Shown here: positions 9,412-19,096 of the stretch, piece after piece | Position numbering within the stretch: position 1 is the stretch's first letter | Layout of the letters: the number at the start of each line of letters is the position of its first letter | Sequence record: EU863408 | Length of the DNA: 64,000 bases | Source: Escherichia phage JSE | Reading direction: 5' to 3' (one strand) | Notes under the pieces: generated by a model | The model's database searches: none | What the model saw: the letters and a program-made list of their open reading frames with translations, nothing else | What the model was told of the DNA's origin: nothing | Position numbers and translations under genes: made by a program

Positions 9412-11141
9412 ATGACGCATTAACATCATTTCGCGGGATGCGCAAGGAAGCGGAAGAAAACCCGATTGATAAACTTAACAAATTAGATAAACTTAATTCT
9501 ATTGATAATTTGCAAGCCGCTACCGAATTGGTGGCAGAGACAGTAGAGCAAAAATCTAATGAAGTTGTTGGTGCGGTCGAGGATAACACCGCAGCCAATG
9601 AATTGACGGCAGAAAATACACAATCTACCGCTGGCAATACCCAAAAAACTTATGAAGAATTGCAAAAACTCAATAATTTCTCTTCTCAGATGAATGAGAA
9701 ATTACGTGGTTTTGGTGTTATGATGGAACGTAGATTTGGTGTTGTCAGTAAAATGGCTAGCGGTATTGGTGCGATTGAAGAAGCATTGAAAAAACCGGAA
9801 CAACCGCAAACAATGCCATCACCTCAGCCAGTTTTGCCTACTGTACCGGAACAGCCTAACAATGACAACTATCAAGGTCTTCCAAAGAAAAAACCAGATG
9901 CTGATGACCGAAAGAAAAAGAACGCCACAGATAAGCGTAATGCTGATTCTATGGAAAATCTTCTTAAAGTTGTTCGTGGAGGATTTAAAGAAACCATAGG
10001 TATCTCTAATAAGGTCTTAGGGATGTTATTTAAGATCACTTTGACCGCTATGGCAGAAGCCGCAAAATGGGGTGCTATTTTGATGGGTATTGTTTTTGTC
10101 ATTGATACCCTGATGGTTCATTTCAGATATTGGAGTGATTTATTCGAAACAAAATTCAATGAATTTATGGATAAGGCCGGAGGATGGGCTGGTCCTATTA
10201 GCGATATTTTAACTACTGTTCGTCAGGTTCGAGATTATTGGTCTAAAGGCGAATATGGAGAGTTAATTAAATCTCTTGTTATGGGTATTGGTGATGCATT
10301 CTATAAAACCTTTATCCAACTTGATCGAATTATCACTACGGGTATTGCTAAAATTCTTCGTATGATCCCTGGCATGGGTGATTATGCCGATAAGTTAGAA
10401 TATGGTGCTTTAAAATCTGCTGTCGCTCAAGGCTATACGCCAAATGAAAGAGAACTCGAATTAATGGATAAGGTCGAGTCTGAACACGAAGAAGACAAAT
10501 ATGGAGAGCGCACAGGGTGGACCGGAAAAGCCCGTGATATTGGCGAGGCCATAGGCGAATCTATTAAGGATAAAGTTAACGAAGGTCTTGTTAGTCTGGG
10601 CTGGAGAGATCAAAAGGATGTTGACGCAGAGAAACGACAAGAAGAATTAAAACGCGGAGAATATAAGTCTGTTTCTGCTGAACAACGATCTGCTAGTCGT
10701 AAACTTAGAATTAAAAGCGAGGGCGCGATCAATAATATTAATGAAGTTATGGAGAATTTGAGCGGTGACTATGACAAAGAAAGAATGGGAGAGTTGAAAA
10801 AGGATATTGATGTTTACCGTGAGCAAGTTCAAGATCCTACATTAGTTGAAAGTGATCGTTCTCAGTTAGAGCGTCTTATTGAAAAATTTGATGAGATGTA
10901 TGCTGATAAAACTAAGGGTGTGGTTCCAACTAAATCTGTTCCGGCAACTGAAACGGAAACAGCAAAACAAGCGGAACGTACTGAACAAATGCAGAAACAA
11001 GCTGCAATCCAGCAACAAACGACAAATCAGACCTCAAACGTAAATAATACACAAATTGTAACAAACAATAGAACTATTAAACAGGGTGCACCAACAACTA
11101 GAATTGATGCCCCAGGTACAATTAATATGGGGAACTTTTAA
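9408..11141 (+). CDS. 29: baseplate hub subunit / tail length determinator gp29
   Basis: 577 aa; synteny and size as T4 gp29. Confidence 0.8.
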   Translation: MNDALTSFRGMRKEAEENPIDKLNKLDKLNSIDNLQAATELVAETVEQKSNEVVGAVEDNTAANELTAENTQSTAGNTQKTYEELQKLNNFSSQMNEKLRGFGVMMERRFGVVSKMASGIGAIEEALKKPEQPQTMPSPQPVLPTVPEQPNNDNYQGLPKKKPDADDRKKKNATDKRNADSMENLLKVVRGGFKETIGISNKVLGMLFKITLTAMAEAAKWGAILMGIVFVIDTLMVHFRYWSDLFETKFNEFMDKAGGWAGPISDILTTVRQVRDYWSKGEYGELIKSLVMGIGDAFYKTFIQLDRIITTGIAKILRMIPGMGDYADKLEYGALKSAVAQGYTPNERELELMDKVESEHEEDKYGERTGWTGKARDIGEAIGESIKDKVNEGLVSLGWRDQKDVDAEKRQEELKRGEYKSVSAEQRSASRKLRIKSEGAINNINEVMENLSGDYDKERMGELKKDIDVYREQVQDPTLVESDRSQLERLIEKFDEMYADKTKGVVPTKSVPATETETAKQAERTEQMQKQAAIQQQTTNQTSNVNNTQIVTNNRTIKQGAPTTRIDAPGTINMGNF

Positions 11142-12199
11142 TGAAAATTAGTGTTATCAATGATGCCGTTGATAGCTTTAAAGCGGGGGTTAAAACCTCC
11201 GCTGGTTTTACCTCAAAAAATAAAGGGAAAACATTAACCGCTCAATTCCCCGCTGAACGTGCTAGCGGTAATGATGCTAGCGGTTATTATATCAACGACT
11301 TATATAATAATGGTCTGTTATTCACTGCATACGATTACACATCCCGTACTACTGGATCGTTGCGTGATTTCAGGAAAAAGAAAAATGTTGCTAGCGGTTT
11401 TGGCGGTAGCGTTAATATCGCTGGTTTTGATTTAAATTTGGGTGGGAGAAATGCTGCATTTGACCGAGAGGCAATTGCTAATATTCTTCTTCCTCGTAGT
11501 CAATCTGACGTTGACGCTGCCAGCCATAAGTTTAATGATGTTGGTGAATCTGTTATTTCTCGCGGCGGTGGTACTTTAGGCGGTGCTCTTTCTAATATGG
11601 CATCTACTGCCGTTTTTGGTGGTATCGAAAGTATTACTGGTGGATACCTTGCCGATCACGGTGAACAGATTTATAATACTGCGCGAAGCATGTATGCGGG
11701 TGCTGACGCACGAACGAAAAACTACGTATGGCATCTAACCCCACGTAGTATTGAAGACCTTCGCAATATTCTGATCATATACGAAACGTTTTTAGAGTTG
11801 TCTTATGGTTCTAGTGGTATTTCCAGCACCGCAAAAGAATTAAAAGCGGAAGTTGATGCGTGGTATAAAAATACACTATTGAGCAAATCCACTCCAGCCG
11901 AGGCAAAGAGAAATGATACGCTGTTTGAAGGGATCACCGATTTTCTATCCAACGTAATTACTGTATCTAACCCGACAATATGGATGATCTCTAACTTCGG
12001 CAAGCGTACATCGTTTGAAGGGCGTAGCGATGCATTTGGTCCCGCTCAGATCTCAAGTGTACGTCTGGACAAGTCGCCTGATGGTAAGTTTAATGGCCTT
12101 GCTATTTCTCCTAACTTGCCGAGTACCTTTGTTCTGGAAGTATCATTTAGAGAGATCTTGACACTTTCCCGTGGTACTATATTTGGGAGTGCGGCATAA
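11141..12199 (+). CDS. 48: baseplate tail-tube junction protein gp48
   Basis: 352 aa; synteny; coupled start/stop ATGA. Confidence 0.8.
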   Translation: MKISVINDAVDSFKAGVKTSAGFTSKNKGKTLTAQFPAERASGNDASGYYINDLYNNGLLFTAYDYTSRTTGSLRDFRKKKNVASGFGGSVNIAGFDLNLGGRNAAFDREAIANILLPRSQSDVDAASHKFNDVGESVISRGGGTLGGALSNMASTAVFGGIESITGGYLADHGEQIYNTARSMYAGADARTKNYVWHLTPRSIEDLRNILIIYETFLELSYGSSGISSTAKELKAEVDAWYKNTLLSKSTPAEAKRNDTLFEGITDFLSNVITVSNPTIWMISNFGKRTSFEGRSDAFGPAQISSVRLDKSPDGKFNGLAISPNLPSTFVLEVSFREILTLSRGTIFGSAA

Positions 12200-13131
12200 T
12201 GTTTGATTTAAATGACTTTAACGAACAAGCCGCTAACCTTGACTTTCAGCGATCTAACTTATTCAGCGTGGCATTTGCCACCACTCCAAGTAATAAGACA
12301 CAAGCGATCCTAGAAAGTATGGGTGGTGCGGTATATGATATTATACCAAATGCATTAAATGACTATTTCGGGATTACTCGTGGTGATTATACTGACGCAT
12401 TAACAAATCTTGCTGTACAGGGTGTTAGGCGTGCTGTTGATTCATCTGGTGTCAAAAAGTATCTTTTAGGTGCAATGTCATCCCGCGTAGTTCAATCTCT
12501 TCTGGGGCAATTTGATGTTGGTACATATGCGCTTGACTGGTTCAATATGGCATATAAGACAAGCGGTCTTCTGGTGTATGCTGTTAAGGTTCCAGAAAAC
12601 AGATTGAATTATGAAATGGACCGTAACCACAATGCGCCAAACATTCGAATTACCGGACGTGATTTTGATCCGCTTGTATTGAGCTTTAGAATGGACTCTA
12701 GCGCATCAAACTATAGAGCAATGCAGGATTGGGTTAACTCAGTAGAAGACCCCGTTACAGGGCTTCGTGCGCTTCCTGTTGACGTTGAAGCAGATATTCA
12801 GGTCAACTTACATAACCGAATGGGAGTTCCTCACACGATCATGATGTTTAATGGTTGTGTTCCTGTTGGTGTGAGTGCACCGGAATTAAACTATGAAAAC
12901 AACAACGAAATCACAACATTCGATGTTACTTTCGCATATCGTTCTATGCAAACTGGTGCTGTAGGAGAGCAAGCCGCGCGAGAATGGATTGAGGATAAGG
13001 CAATAAACGCAATAACAAACACTTTCGGTAATAATTTACTTGATAGTGGGTTATCTGCTGCTGGTAATGCTTTATCGCGTCTAAATGGCGTTGGTGGGCG
13101 TGTGGTGAATACTGTCACTAACTGGTTCTGA
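12199..13131 (+). CDS. 54: baseplate tail-tube initiator gp54
   Basis: 310 aa; synteny. Confidence 0.8.
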   Translation: MFDLNDFNEQAANLDFQRSNLFSVAFATTPSNKTQAILESMGGAVYDIIPNALNDYFGITRGDYTDALTNLAVQGVRRAVDSSGVKKYLLGAMSSRVVQSLLGQFDVGTYALDWFNMAYKTSGLLVYAVKVPENRLNYEMDRNHNAPNIRITGRDFDPLVLSFRMDSSASNYRAMQDWVNSVEDPVTGLRALPVDVEADIQVNLHNRMGVPHTIMMFNGCVPVGVSAPELNYENNNEITTFDVTFAYRSMQTGAVGEQAAREWIEDKAINAITNTFGNNLLDSGLSAAGNALSRLNGVGGRVVNTVTNWF

Positions 13132-13140
13132 TAATCGAAA

Positions 13141-13168
13141 GGCGGGGATAATCCCCGCCTTTTTATTT
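13141..13168 (+). terminator. rho-independent terminator after gene 54
   Basis: GGCGGGGA-TAAT-CCCCGCC hairpin followed by TTTTTATTTT. Confidence 0.7.
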
Positions 13169-13648
13169 TGCTAAATCATTGCAATATTTTAGTGCCTTAG
13201 TTTGAAATTCTGCGCTGTTAAGTTCTTCATAACGGTCATAATCACCGTTTAATGCTGCCTTTCTTGCTTCTTGCTCTATCTGCATGTCAGACATGATAAT
13301 ACAGCGATCCCGTGCTTTCATCTTCTCAAGTTGTATAGACTCTTCTTTCTGTTTGCGCAATTCTTCTTGACGCTTCTTTTCTTCTCGTGCTTTCTCTTCC
13401 CGCGCTTCTTTGATTGCATCCTTGAACATCTGCGTTTGTGGTGCTAAACCAACTTTAACGCGATCCACGTCTCGACGTTCCATTTTAGAAATAAAGCATG
13501 ATTCGATCTGATCATCACTTGCATATGCTGCTTTACATTCACGAAGCAAGAAAACCGGATCTGATTTAGCATTCATCATAGCTTCCATGTTAGCACAACC
13601 AGTAAGAATGAATGCAGCCGCAAGACCAATCAGTTTAATCATTTTCAT
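13163..13648 (-). CDS. predicted lipoprotein (161 aa)
   Basis: Signal peptide with lipobox LTGC; Lys/Glu-rich coiled region. Confidence 0.6.
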   Translation of the reverse strand: MKMIKLIGLAAAFILTGCANMEAMMNAKSDPVFLLRECKAAYASDDQIESCFISKMERRDVDRVKVGLAPQTQMFKDAIKEAREEKAREEKKRQEELRKQKEESIQLEKMKARDRCIIMSDMQIEQEARKAALNGDYDRYEELNSAEFQTKALKYCNDLAK

Positions 13649-14469
13649 TTAGTCACCTCACCGAAAATTGTAAATTGTCTACGATTCTCATCGCCGAAAG
13701 ATTCTACTACGTCGTTTACCTTGACGCAAGTCCCGCGCGGTAAAATTACTTCACATTCGCAAGGGTTCCATGCAATGGACCCAACAACAAAACCTTTATG
13801 ATCTTTTACATCAATCACCCATGATACATTACAAGAATGTTGCATCTTTCCGGTCATTGATTCATATCGATTCTCACAATAAAGGCTAGTGCTGTTTGAT
13901 AGCCATCCTCCAAAGATGATCGGTGTCATGCTGGTCGATACAAAGTTTTTAAAGGTAAACTCCTTATCTTCAATGATGCGCTCTATTGTCTGAATGTCAA
14001 GATGTTGACCGCGATAAAGAGTACCGTTTAACTTTTCGGTTTTATCCATGACGCAATCCATCAAATCAACAATCTCTGATATCTCATCGGTCATGTCTTC
14101 TTCGCCTAAGAGAGCACCATTTACCCATTCGTATTGTTCAGACACATAATCACAGATTGCAGTATATTCTTCTGGGGTTATGTTGTTATGTTTGTAATGT
14201 TTGAATACATTATCTCCAAAGTCTTCGGAGTGTACTTCATACATCACATTAATGATTTTCTTGACAAATCCATAATCTTGTGTCTCACGCTCAAGGAAGC
14301 GGATAACCTTCACATAATCATCAAAGTTAATCTGATCGCTGATCATCTCAGTGATCATGTAACCATTAATCCCCTCAATGTCATATGTTTCGATGTAATT
14401 ATCCATACGTTCCATCATTGATTCGCGTGATTCTTCCGAAAGACGAAAATCCTGTAATTGTTTGAACAT
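13645..14469 (-). CDS. Alt-like ADP-ribosyltransferase paralog (274 aa)
   Basis: Shares with the Alt C-terminal domain the ART motifs LYRG, FKNFVSTS, IFGGW and ECEVILPRG. Confidence 0.7.
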   Translation of the reverse strand: MFKQLQDFRLSEESRESMMERMDNYIETYDIEGINGYMITEMISDQINFDDYVKVIRFLERETQDYGFVKKIINVMYEVHSEDFGDNVFKHYKHNNITPEEYTAICDYVSEQYEWVNGALLGEEDMTDEISEIVDLMDCVMDKTEKLNGTLYRGQHLDIQTIERIIEDKEFTFKNFVSTSMTPIIFGGWLSNSTSLYCENRYESMTGKMQHSCNVSWVIDVKDHKGFVVGSIAWNPCECEVILPRGTCVKVNDVVESFGDENRRQFTIFGEVTK

Positions 14470-14490
14470 TTTAAACCTCCCATATAACAG

Positions 14491-14522
14491 AAAACGGGGC
14501 TAGTATAAAACTAGTCCCCGTT
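14491..14522 (-). terminator. terminator-like hairpin between alt and the alt-like gene
   Basis: ACGGGGACTAG-loop-CTAGCCCCGT followed by a T-rich tract on the minus strand. Confidence 0.45.
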
Positions 14523-14547
14523 TGAGTCAACCATTATTTCTTAAAAA

Positions 14548-16599
14548 TTACATTTTAAATTTATCTGGCATTGCGTCTACAGATACCAGATCAGCGATAA
14601 GCTGACGTAGAGTTGCCTTATCTGCTTTCTTACGTTCGGTTTTAGCTTCGCTAATGAAGCTGGAGAAAGACAGGTCAGAAGCAGGTTTAACAACACCTTC
14701 ACGGATGAATGCATCACCGTCTGCGATCATCTCGCCAGATTCTTGTAATGCTGCCAGTTCATTTTTGTTCATAATATGTGCCTCAATGTAATAAGTTTCT
14801 TGTGAATCCGTCGATGCCGTAGCACGAGTTACCGTATCAAAGGATAACACAACACCGCGAGGAAGTAAAATCTCGCATTCTTTGTAAGCAAATGCTTTGT
14901 TACCTACTGGCAATACAGGGATGTTTTCCGCGCCAGCAATGGAGAAAGCAACATTAGCGCCACCTTCACCGCGAGAGCCAGCCATAGAATCAACACCAGC
15001 AACGGCACTAGCCACGTTTGCATTCCAGCCGCCAAAAATGTTAGGTGCAAGGGAAGTGCTCACATAGTTTTTAAAGTAAAACGCTTTTTGCTTACGTGCA
15101 GTTTCCCACATTTGCGACCGGAAGTCCATACCACGATACAGAATAGTACCCGGATCAAGTTTAACGCCATAGTTGGAGAAGGCATTATCCAGTGCATCGC
15201 ACATCTTGACCAATTCTTCTGGATCTGAGATTCCTTCAAACTCTTCCAGCTTACGGTCGGTTAGGAAGTTGTTCATATTGATGTATGCTGCATCGGCATA
15301 TTCGCTCAACACAAAACCTTCCGCGCCTGGCAGATCAAGATCAATATTTGCCATCATTTCACCCATGTTGCTAGCAATTGCTTCAAACATACCGGAAGCA
15401 ACATTACGTAGGGCATCGGTTTTAATCTGGGTGATATTACTACGCAGCATTTCAGCTTTTACATCTGCTGGCATAGACTGGTCTACTCGATCCATTGCCA
15501 GTGCGGTGATCTTGTTTTCGAATACTTCCTCGCTCATGATTTCTTTTAAGCGTTTGATTGATGCTGCGATAACTTCCGCAGACAACGGATCATATTGATC
15601 CTGAACTTTTACCAGTTCGCTTACTGCGTATTTTGCATCGGCTTCGCTTTCAAAAATAGTACGCATGAAACCATAGCGAGTGATAATATCACTTGTCCAG
15701 TCATTCAGAGAACGGGCGGTTGAACGTTCTAAGGCTTGACGATCAATCAGAGTATTAAACTGTTTCTTAGGTTCTGCTTCGGTGATATCTTCTTCCGGTT
15801 TAAGATTAATTTTTTCTGGATGATTCACATAGTCGCTGTTATAGGTCGCTTGAGTTTTCAGCATTTCTTCTTTAGTCAAACGAGATTTAGCCGCTACGCG
15901 TTGTTCCGCTTCCGCGTTTCGTTCTTCTTCTGACACAAGACTAGCCGCATACGCTTCATCTTTAGTCAGAGATTCACCAGTAGCCTTAGATACCCAGCGA
16001 TCACCTAAATCACTTTCTACTTTAGTGAACAAGGAATCATCAAGTTTAATCCCTTTAATCTTATCAATCGCCATACCGCGACGCTTGACAACAACTAAAG
16101 CGATCTTTTTGCTGGTCATTACTTCCTGCTGGAATACTTCAAACTTCGGTGTACGACGCACCAAACGCTCTATAACGCGCTTAACCAGTTCGGTCTTACC
16201 TTTCATGCGGGATACGTTAAAACGGAACATAACAGCGTCTAGTTGCGCTTTACGGGCTGTTTCCATAACCACATCAAAAGCACTTGACATAACTGCAATC
16301 GGGTTATCGCCTAGACCATTTTTAAGCTGTACAATACGACCGCTTTTGTTCATTTCGCACAGTACAACATGTGCGGTCTTGTCACCCATACGAATGATTT
16401 TAGGTGTTTTGTTGGTGAAGTTACAAAGACGGACAATCACATCTTTATCGCGTGTCTGTACTGCAAAAAGCTGTTTAGGATTCTGCTTAGGCTTTAAGCA
16501 CTGTACCGGGGCAATACTACCAAAGTTTTCTTCCTCTTCCGTCAACAGCCATTTCTCGAAAGATTCAATCATTAGATCGTCGATTTCTAAGTTAAACAT
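14548..16599 (-). CDS. alt: Alt ADP-ribosyltransferase (packaged RNA polymerase-modifying enzyme)
   Basis: 683 aa; C-terminal ART motifs YRG, YVSTS, ECEILLPRG; size and position as T4 alt. Confidence 0.85.
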   Translation of the reverse strand: MFNLEIDDLMIESFEKWLLTEEEENFGSIAPVQCLKPKQNPKQLFAVQTRDKDVIVRLCNFTNKTPKIIRMGDKTAHVVLCEMNKSGRIVQLKNGLGDNPIAVMSSAFDVVMETARKAQLDAVMFRFNVSRMKGKTELVKRVIERLVRRTPKFEVFQQEVMTSKKIALVVVKRRGMAIDKIKGIKLDDSLFTKVESDLGDRWVSKATGESLTKDEAYAASLVSEEERNAEAEQRVAAKSRLTKEEMLKTQATYNSDYVNHPEKINLKPEEDITEAEPKKQFNTLIDRQALERSTARSLNDWTSDIITRYGFMRTIFESEADAKYAVSELVKVQDQYDPLSAEVIAASIKRLKEIMSEEVFENKITALAMDRVDQSMPADVKAEMLRSNITQIKTDALRNVASGMFEAIASNMGEMMANIDLDLPGAEGFVLSEYADAAYINMNNFLTDRKLEEFEGISDPEELVKMCDALDNAFSNYGVKLDPGTILYRGMDFRSQMWETARKQKAFYFKNYVSTSLAPNIFGGWNANVASAVAGVDSMAGSRGEGGANVAFSIAGAENIPVLPVGNKAFAYKECEILLPRGVVLSFDTVTRATASTDSQETYYIEAHIMNKNELAALQESGEMIADGDAFIREGVVKPASDLSFSSFISEAKTERKKADKATLRQLIADLVSVDAMPDKFKM

Positions 16600-16644
16600 T
16601 TTATATCCTCTAGTTGATAACCTATAAACCTATATTTATGAAAA

Positions 16645-16668
16645 CGGGGCTTAACGCCCCTTTTTATT
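16645..16668. terminator. terminator-like hairpin
   Basis: GGGGC-TTAAC-GCCCC followed by TTTTTATT. Confidence 0.45.
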
Positions 16669-16879
16669 ATAATGCACCATCGAGCAATTGCTCTAAGGTG
16701 TATCCTGAATAGTCTTTTTCAATCAGGATATATTTTCCTACTCGTTTAATACAACCGCGCATTTCAACGTATTCTGCGTAGTTGATGGTACGAGTTGTTC
16801 CATCTTCCAGTAATGCAGTACCGATTTCGTTAATGCGGTCATAAGTTACGTCGGTAATGATGATTTCGATGTTAGCCAT
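16667..16879 (-). CDS. hypothetical protein (70 aa)
   Basis: ORF with GGAGTA RBS and PeSL-type promoter upstream. Confidence 0.45.
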   Translation of the reverse strand: MANIEIIITDVTYDRINEIGTALLEDGTTRTINYAEYVEMRGCIKRVGKYILIEKDYSGYTLEQLLDGAL

Positions 16880-16912
16880 TTGATACTCCTTAGTAGTTCG
16901 TTTCTGTATGGG

Positions 16913-16944
16913 TGTATTATGATATACACCCTCTGTTATGTCAA
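16913..16944 (-). promoter_or_regulatory. PeSL-type early promoter (variant)
   Basis: TTGACA, 17-nt spacer, CATAAT; inverted repeat GGGTGTAT..ATACACCC. Confidence 0.45.
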
Positions 16945-16950
16945 CAACTT

Positions 16951-17130
16951 TTAGAACATTTTTGAAATTAATTCTGCTTTGATTTCGCAGAGAACATCTA
17001 AAGATTTCTCGTCACCCGCTTTTGCTGCTTCTGCTTGCATTTTTGAAATGGCTTCAATCTCAGTGCAATTATAAGCCGCTTGAACTTTAGCGATTGCGAT
17101 GATTGCCGATTCGATGGTTAAGTGTTTCAT
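16951..17130 (-). CDS. small hypothetical protein (59 aa)
   Basis: Hand-translated ORF MKHLTIESAII..; GGAGAATCAAA RBS; not in the ORF track. Confidence 0.35.
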   Translation of the reverse strand: MKHLTIESAIIAIAKVQAAYNCTEIEAISKMQAEAAKAGDEKSLDVLCEIKAELISKMF

Positions 17131-17162
17131 GTTTGATTCTCCTTTCGTTTCGGTATGTGTGT

Positions 17163-17191
17163 ATTATAGGGGATCGATGATCCCCTGTCAA
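17163..17191 (-). promoter_or_regulatory. PeSL-type early promoter with palindromic spacer
   Basis: TTGACA, spacer GGGGATCATCGATCCCC, TATAAT. Confidence 0.6.
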
Positions 17192-17199
17192 CAACTTTT

Positions 17200-17718
17200 T
17201 TAGTTATTTTTTAATTGCTCATCTTGCAATAGGGCAATCACATGCTGGCGATGTTCTTCCGATTGAGGCACACCGAAAAAGTTTGTTTTGTAGAAATACT
17301 CTAATCGGTCTTCTCGTGTGCTCTCTTCCATCATGATCGCGGGTAGTCCGAGATTTCGGAAACGTCGCTTTTCTGCTGGCGTAAAATCACTGTAATACAA
17401 CATAGAATCATCATTACCAGCAATGCTAAACTCATCCTTCATAAAGGAGAATATTGCGTTTAAACGCTGTTTACCGTCCACGATTTCGATCTCATAGCGA
17501 GAGCCATCATCAATCTTAGCCATTGCGATAGCACCAACCGGAAAATCATTAATCAGGTTTTCGATAAACATACGTTTGTTTTCTGTGTCCCATACTAAAG
17601 GACGCTGATAATCTGGGTTCATGTTGATATAGCCATCTTCTAACCATGCATCATAAACAGAGATGACAAAGTTTTTAGTATTGGTATAGTAACGGCGTTT
17701 AGGCGTTAAACGGTTCAT
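17200..17718 (-). CDS. DUF262 (ParB-like NTPase) domain protein
   Basis: Motifs PDYQRPLVW, FPVG, IVDGKQRL typical of DUF262; start taken at MNRLT with GGAGAC RBS. Confidence 0.6.
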   Translation of the reverse strand: MNRLTPKRRYYTNTKNFVISVYDAWLEDGYINMNPDYQRPLVWDTENKRMFIENLINDFPVGAIAMAKIDDGSRYEIEIVDGKQRLNAIFSFMKDEFSIAGNDDSMLYYSDFTPAEKRRFRNLGLPAIMMEESTREDRLEYFYKTNFFGVPQSEEHRQHVIALLQDEQLKNN

Positions 17719-17719
17719 G

Positions 17720-18049
17720 TTATAGTCTCCTGAATGGATCATCACGTAAATCAATATCTTTTAAGAACTCATCCCATGAATGCCGGATATTGTTCTTAAT
17801 TCTCCAGATAAGCGCAGGGATTGAACGCTCTCCCATCTGGAAGTAAGGATCATATGATCCGTATGCCCAATATGCTACTACAATTCCACAATCAGCGCAA
17901 TAGTATTCTATTTCACTTGCTGGCGACCAAAGTCCATCAATATGATCGGTGATCTTGCTTTCGATGTTATGGCTATGACAATCAGGGCAACGGATGCAAT
18001 GACCTTGTTTATCGTAATTTGACGTTAGCGAATACTTAAACAATCTCAT
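17720..18049 (-). CDS. zinc-ribbon protein (109 aa)
   Basis: CxxC..H and CxxC pairs (CIRCPDCHSH, CADCG); translationally coupled to neighbours. Confidence 0.5.
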   Translation of the reverse strand: MRLFKYSLTSNYDKQGHCIRCPDCHSHNIESKITDHIDGLWSPASEIEYYCADCGIVVAYWAYGSYDPYFQMGERSIPALIWRIKNNIRHSWDEFLKDIDLRDDPFRRL

Positions 18050-18765
18050 TATAGATCCTTATTTGCTTCAAATACTGCCTTTGCGAATCCTCGCGGGGTA
18101 AGTGACCTTATAGTCTTTGTTTTCGTTCCTTTCCCGCCTAGCTTAGAATGCTGTTTACTGTACCCTTTATTAATCTGCAACGGTTTCTTTTCTGGCATTA
18201 TAAAGCCTTGTCCGGACCATAAGCAAGTCTTTTTCGGGTACATATCACGGGCGGCAATATACTCAGGAAACGTAGGATGCTTATCATCTTCCGGCAAATA
18301 ACCGCCATATTCCCACGGATGGAACATATAATCAGGCTTACGCCACATGCTAGAGATAACGCTTACAGGATTCTCTATCATGTAGGGAACTCCTAGCCAT
18401 TCACCCAAATAAGCGGTTATTTTAGCTGCCCTTACATCATGAACTTGAATCAATGGTCCTTGCTCTCGTTTCTTTCGTTCAAAGTGTGCAGCGCCACTAA
18501 CAGCTAAATTGGTGCACGGTGGGAATGCAAAGATAATATCCGGTTTCCCCCATTCAAGGTCCATTGCTCTTTCCAGCCAGTTCAAATCAATCCAGGTGTT
18601 TACATAGGTAATGTTTGGATGTTCAAATCTGGTATTATACTTTTTGTATGTACCGTGGTCGGCGTCATCCGCATTAAAGCAGACTACCTTATGACCTGCT
18701 TTAGCCCATTCTAGCCCCATTATCCCCGATCCGTCAAAGTTGCAGAATATTAATTTTTGTTTCAC
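18049..18765 (-). CDS. compact C5-cytosine methyltransferase-like protein (238 aa)
   Basis: Motif I-like FCNFDGSG, motif IV-like FPPC..SG, motif VI-like ENP; too short for a canonical target-recognition domain. Confidence 0.45.
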   Translation of the reverse strand: MKQKLIFCNFDGSGIMGLEWAKAGHKVVCFNADDADHGTYKKYNTRFEHPNITYVNTWIDLNWLERAMDLEWGKPDIIFAFPPCTNLAVSGAAHFERKKREQGPLIQVHDVRAAKITAYLGEWLGVPYMIENPVSVISSMWRKPDYMFHPWEYGGYLPEDDKHPTFPEYIAARDMYPKKTCLWSGQGFIMPEKKPLQINKGYSKQHSKLGGKGTKTKTIRSLTPRGFAKAVFEANKDL

Positions 18766-19013
18766 GCTGCCCCCATTGGTTTGATAGTAACAGAATCTAA
18801 AAGACCTTTGTTAGCCAGTTCGCGGCAAGTTTTCAGATCCGCAACTTCCCAGCCAGCCGCAATCAGGTTATCAATGAGGCTGTTAGCAACTTCTTCGCTC
18901 ATGAAAGAGCACTGTTTGCCGATGGTGTAGCGTACACGCTGTAATTTCAGTTTACGGAAGCCTTTAACGTTCAGGTCTTTAGCGATTTTCTTTGCGGTTT
19001 CGATGTTAGCCAT
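18762..19013 (-). CDS. hypothetical protein (83 aa), first gene of the DUF262 operon
   Basis: ORF; ATGA overlap with downstream gene; GGAGAATCAAA RBS. Confidence 0.45.
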   Translation of the reverse strand: MANIETAKKIAKDLNVKGFRKLKLQRVRYTIGKQCSFMSEEVANSLIDNLIAAGWEVADLKTCRELANKGLLDSVTIKPMGAA

Positions 19014-19053
19014 TGTTTGATTCTCCTAAGTGGTATCTCGTCTTGATGGTTGT

Positions 19054-19082
19054 ATTGTAGGGGAGTTATCCTCCCCTGTCAA
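19054..19082 (-). promoter_or_regulatory. PeSL-type early promoter
   Basis: TTGACA, palindromic spacer GGGGAGGATAACTCCCC, TACAAT. Confidence 0.55.
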
Positions 19083-19096
19083 CACTTTTTATAAAA

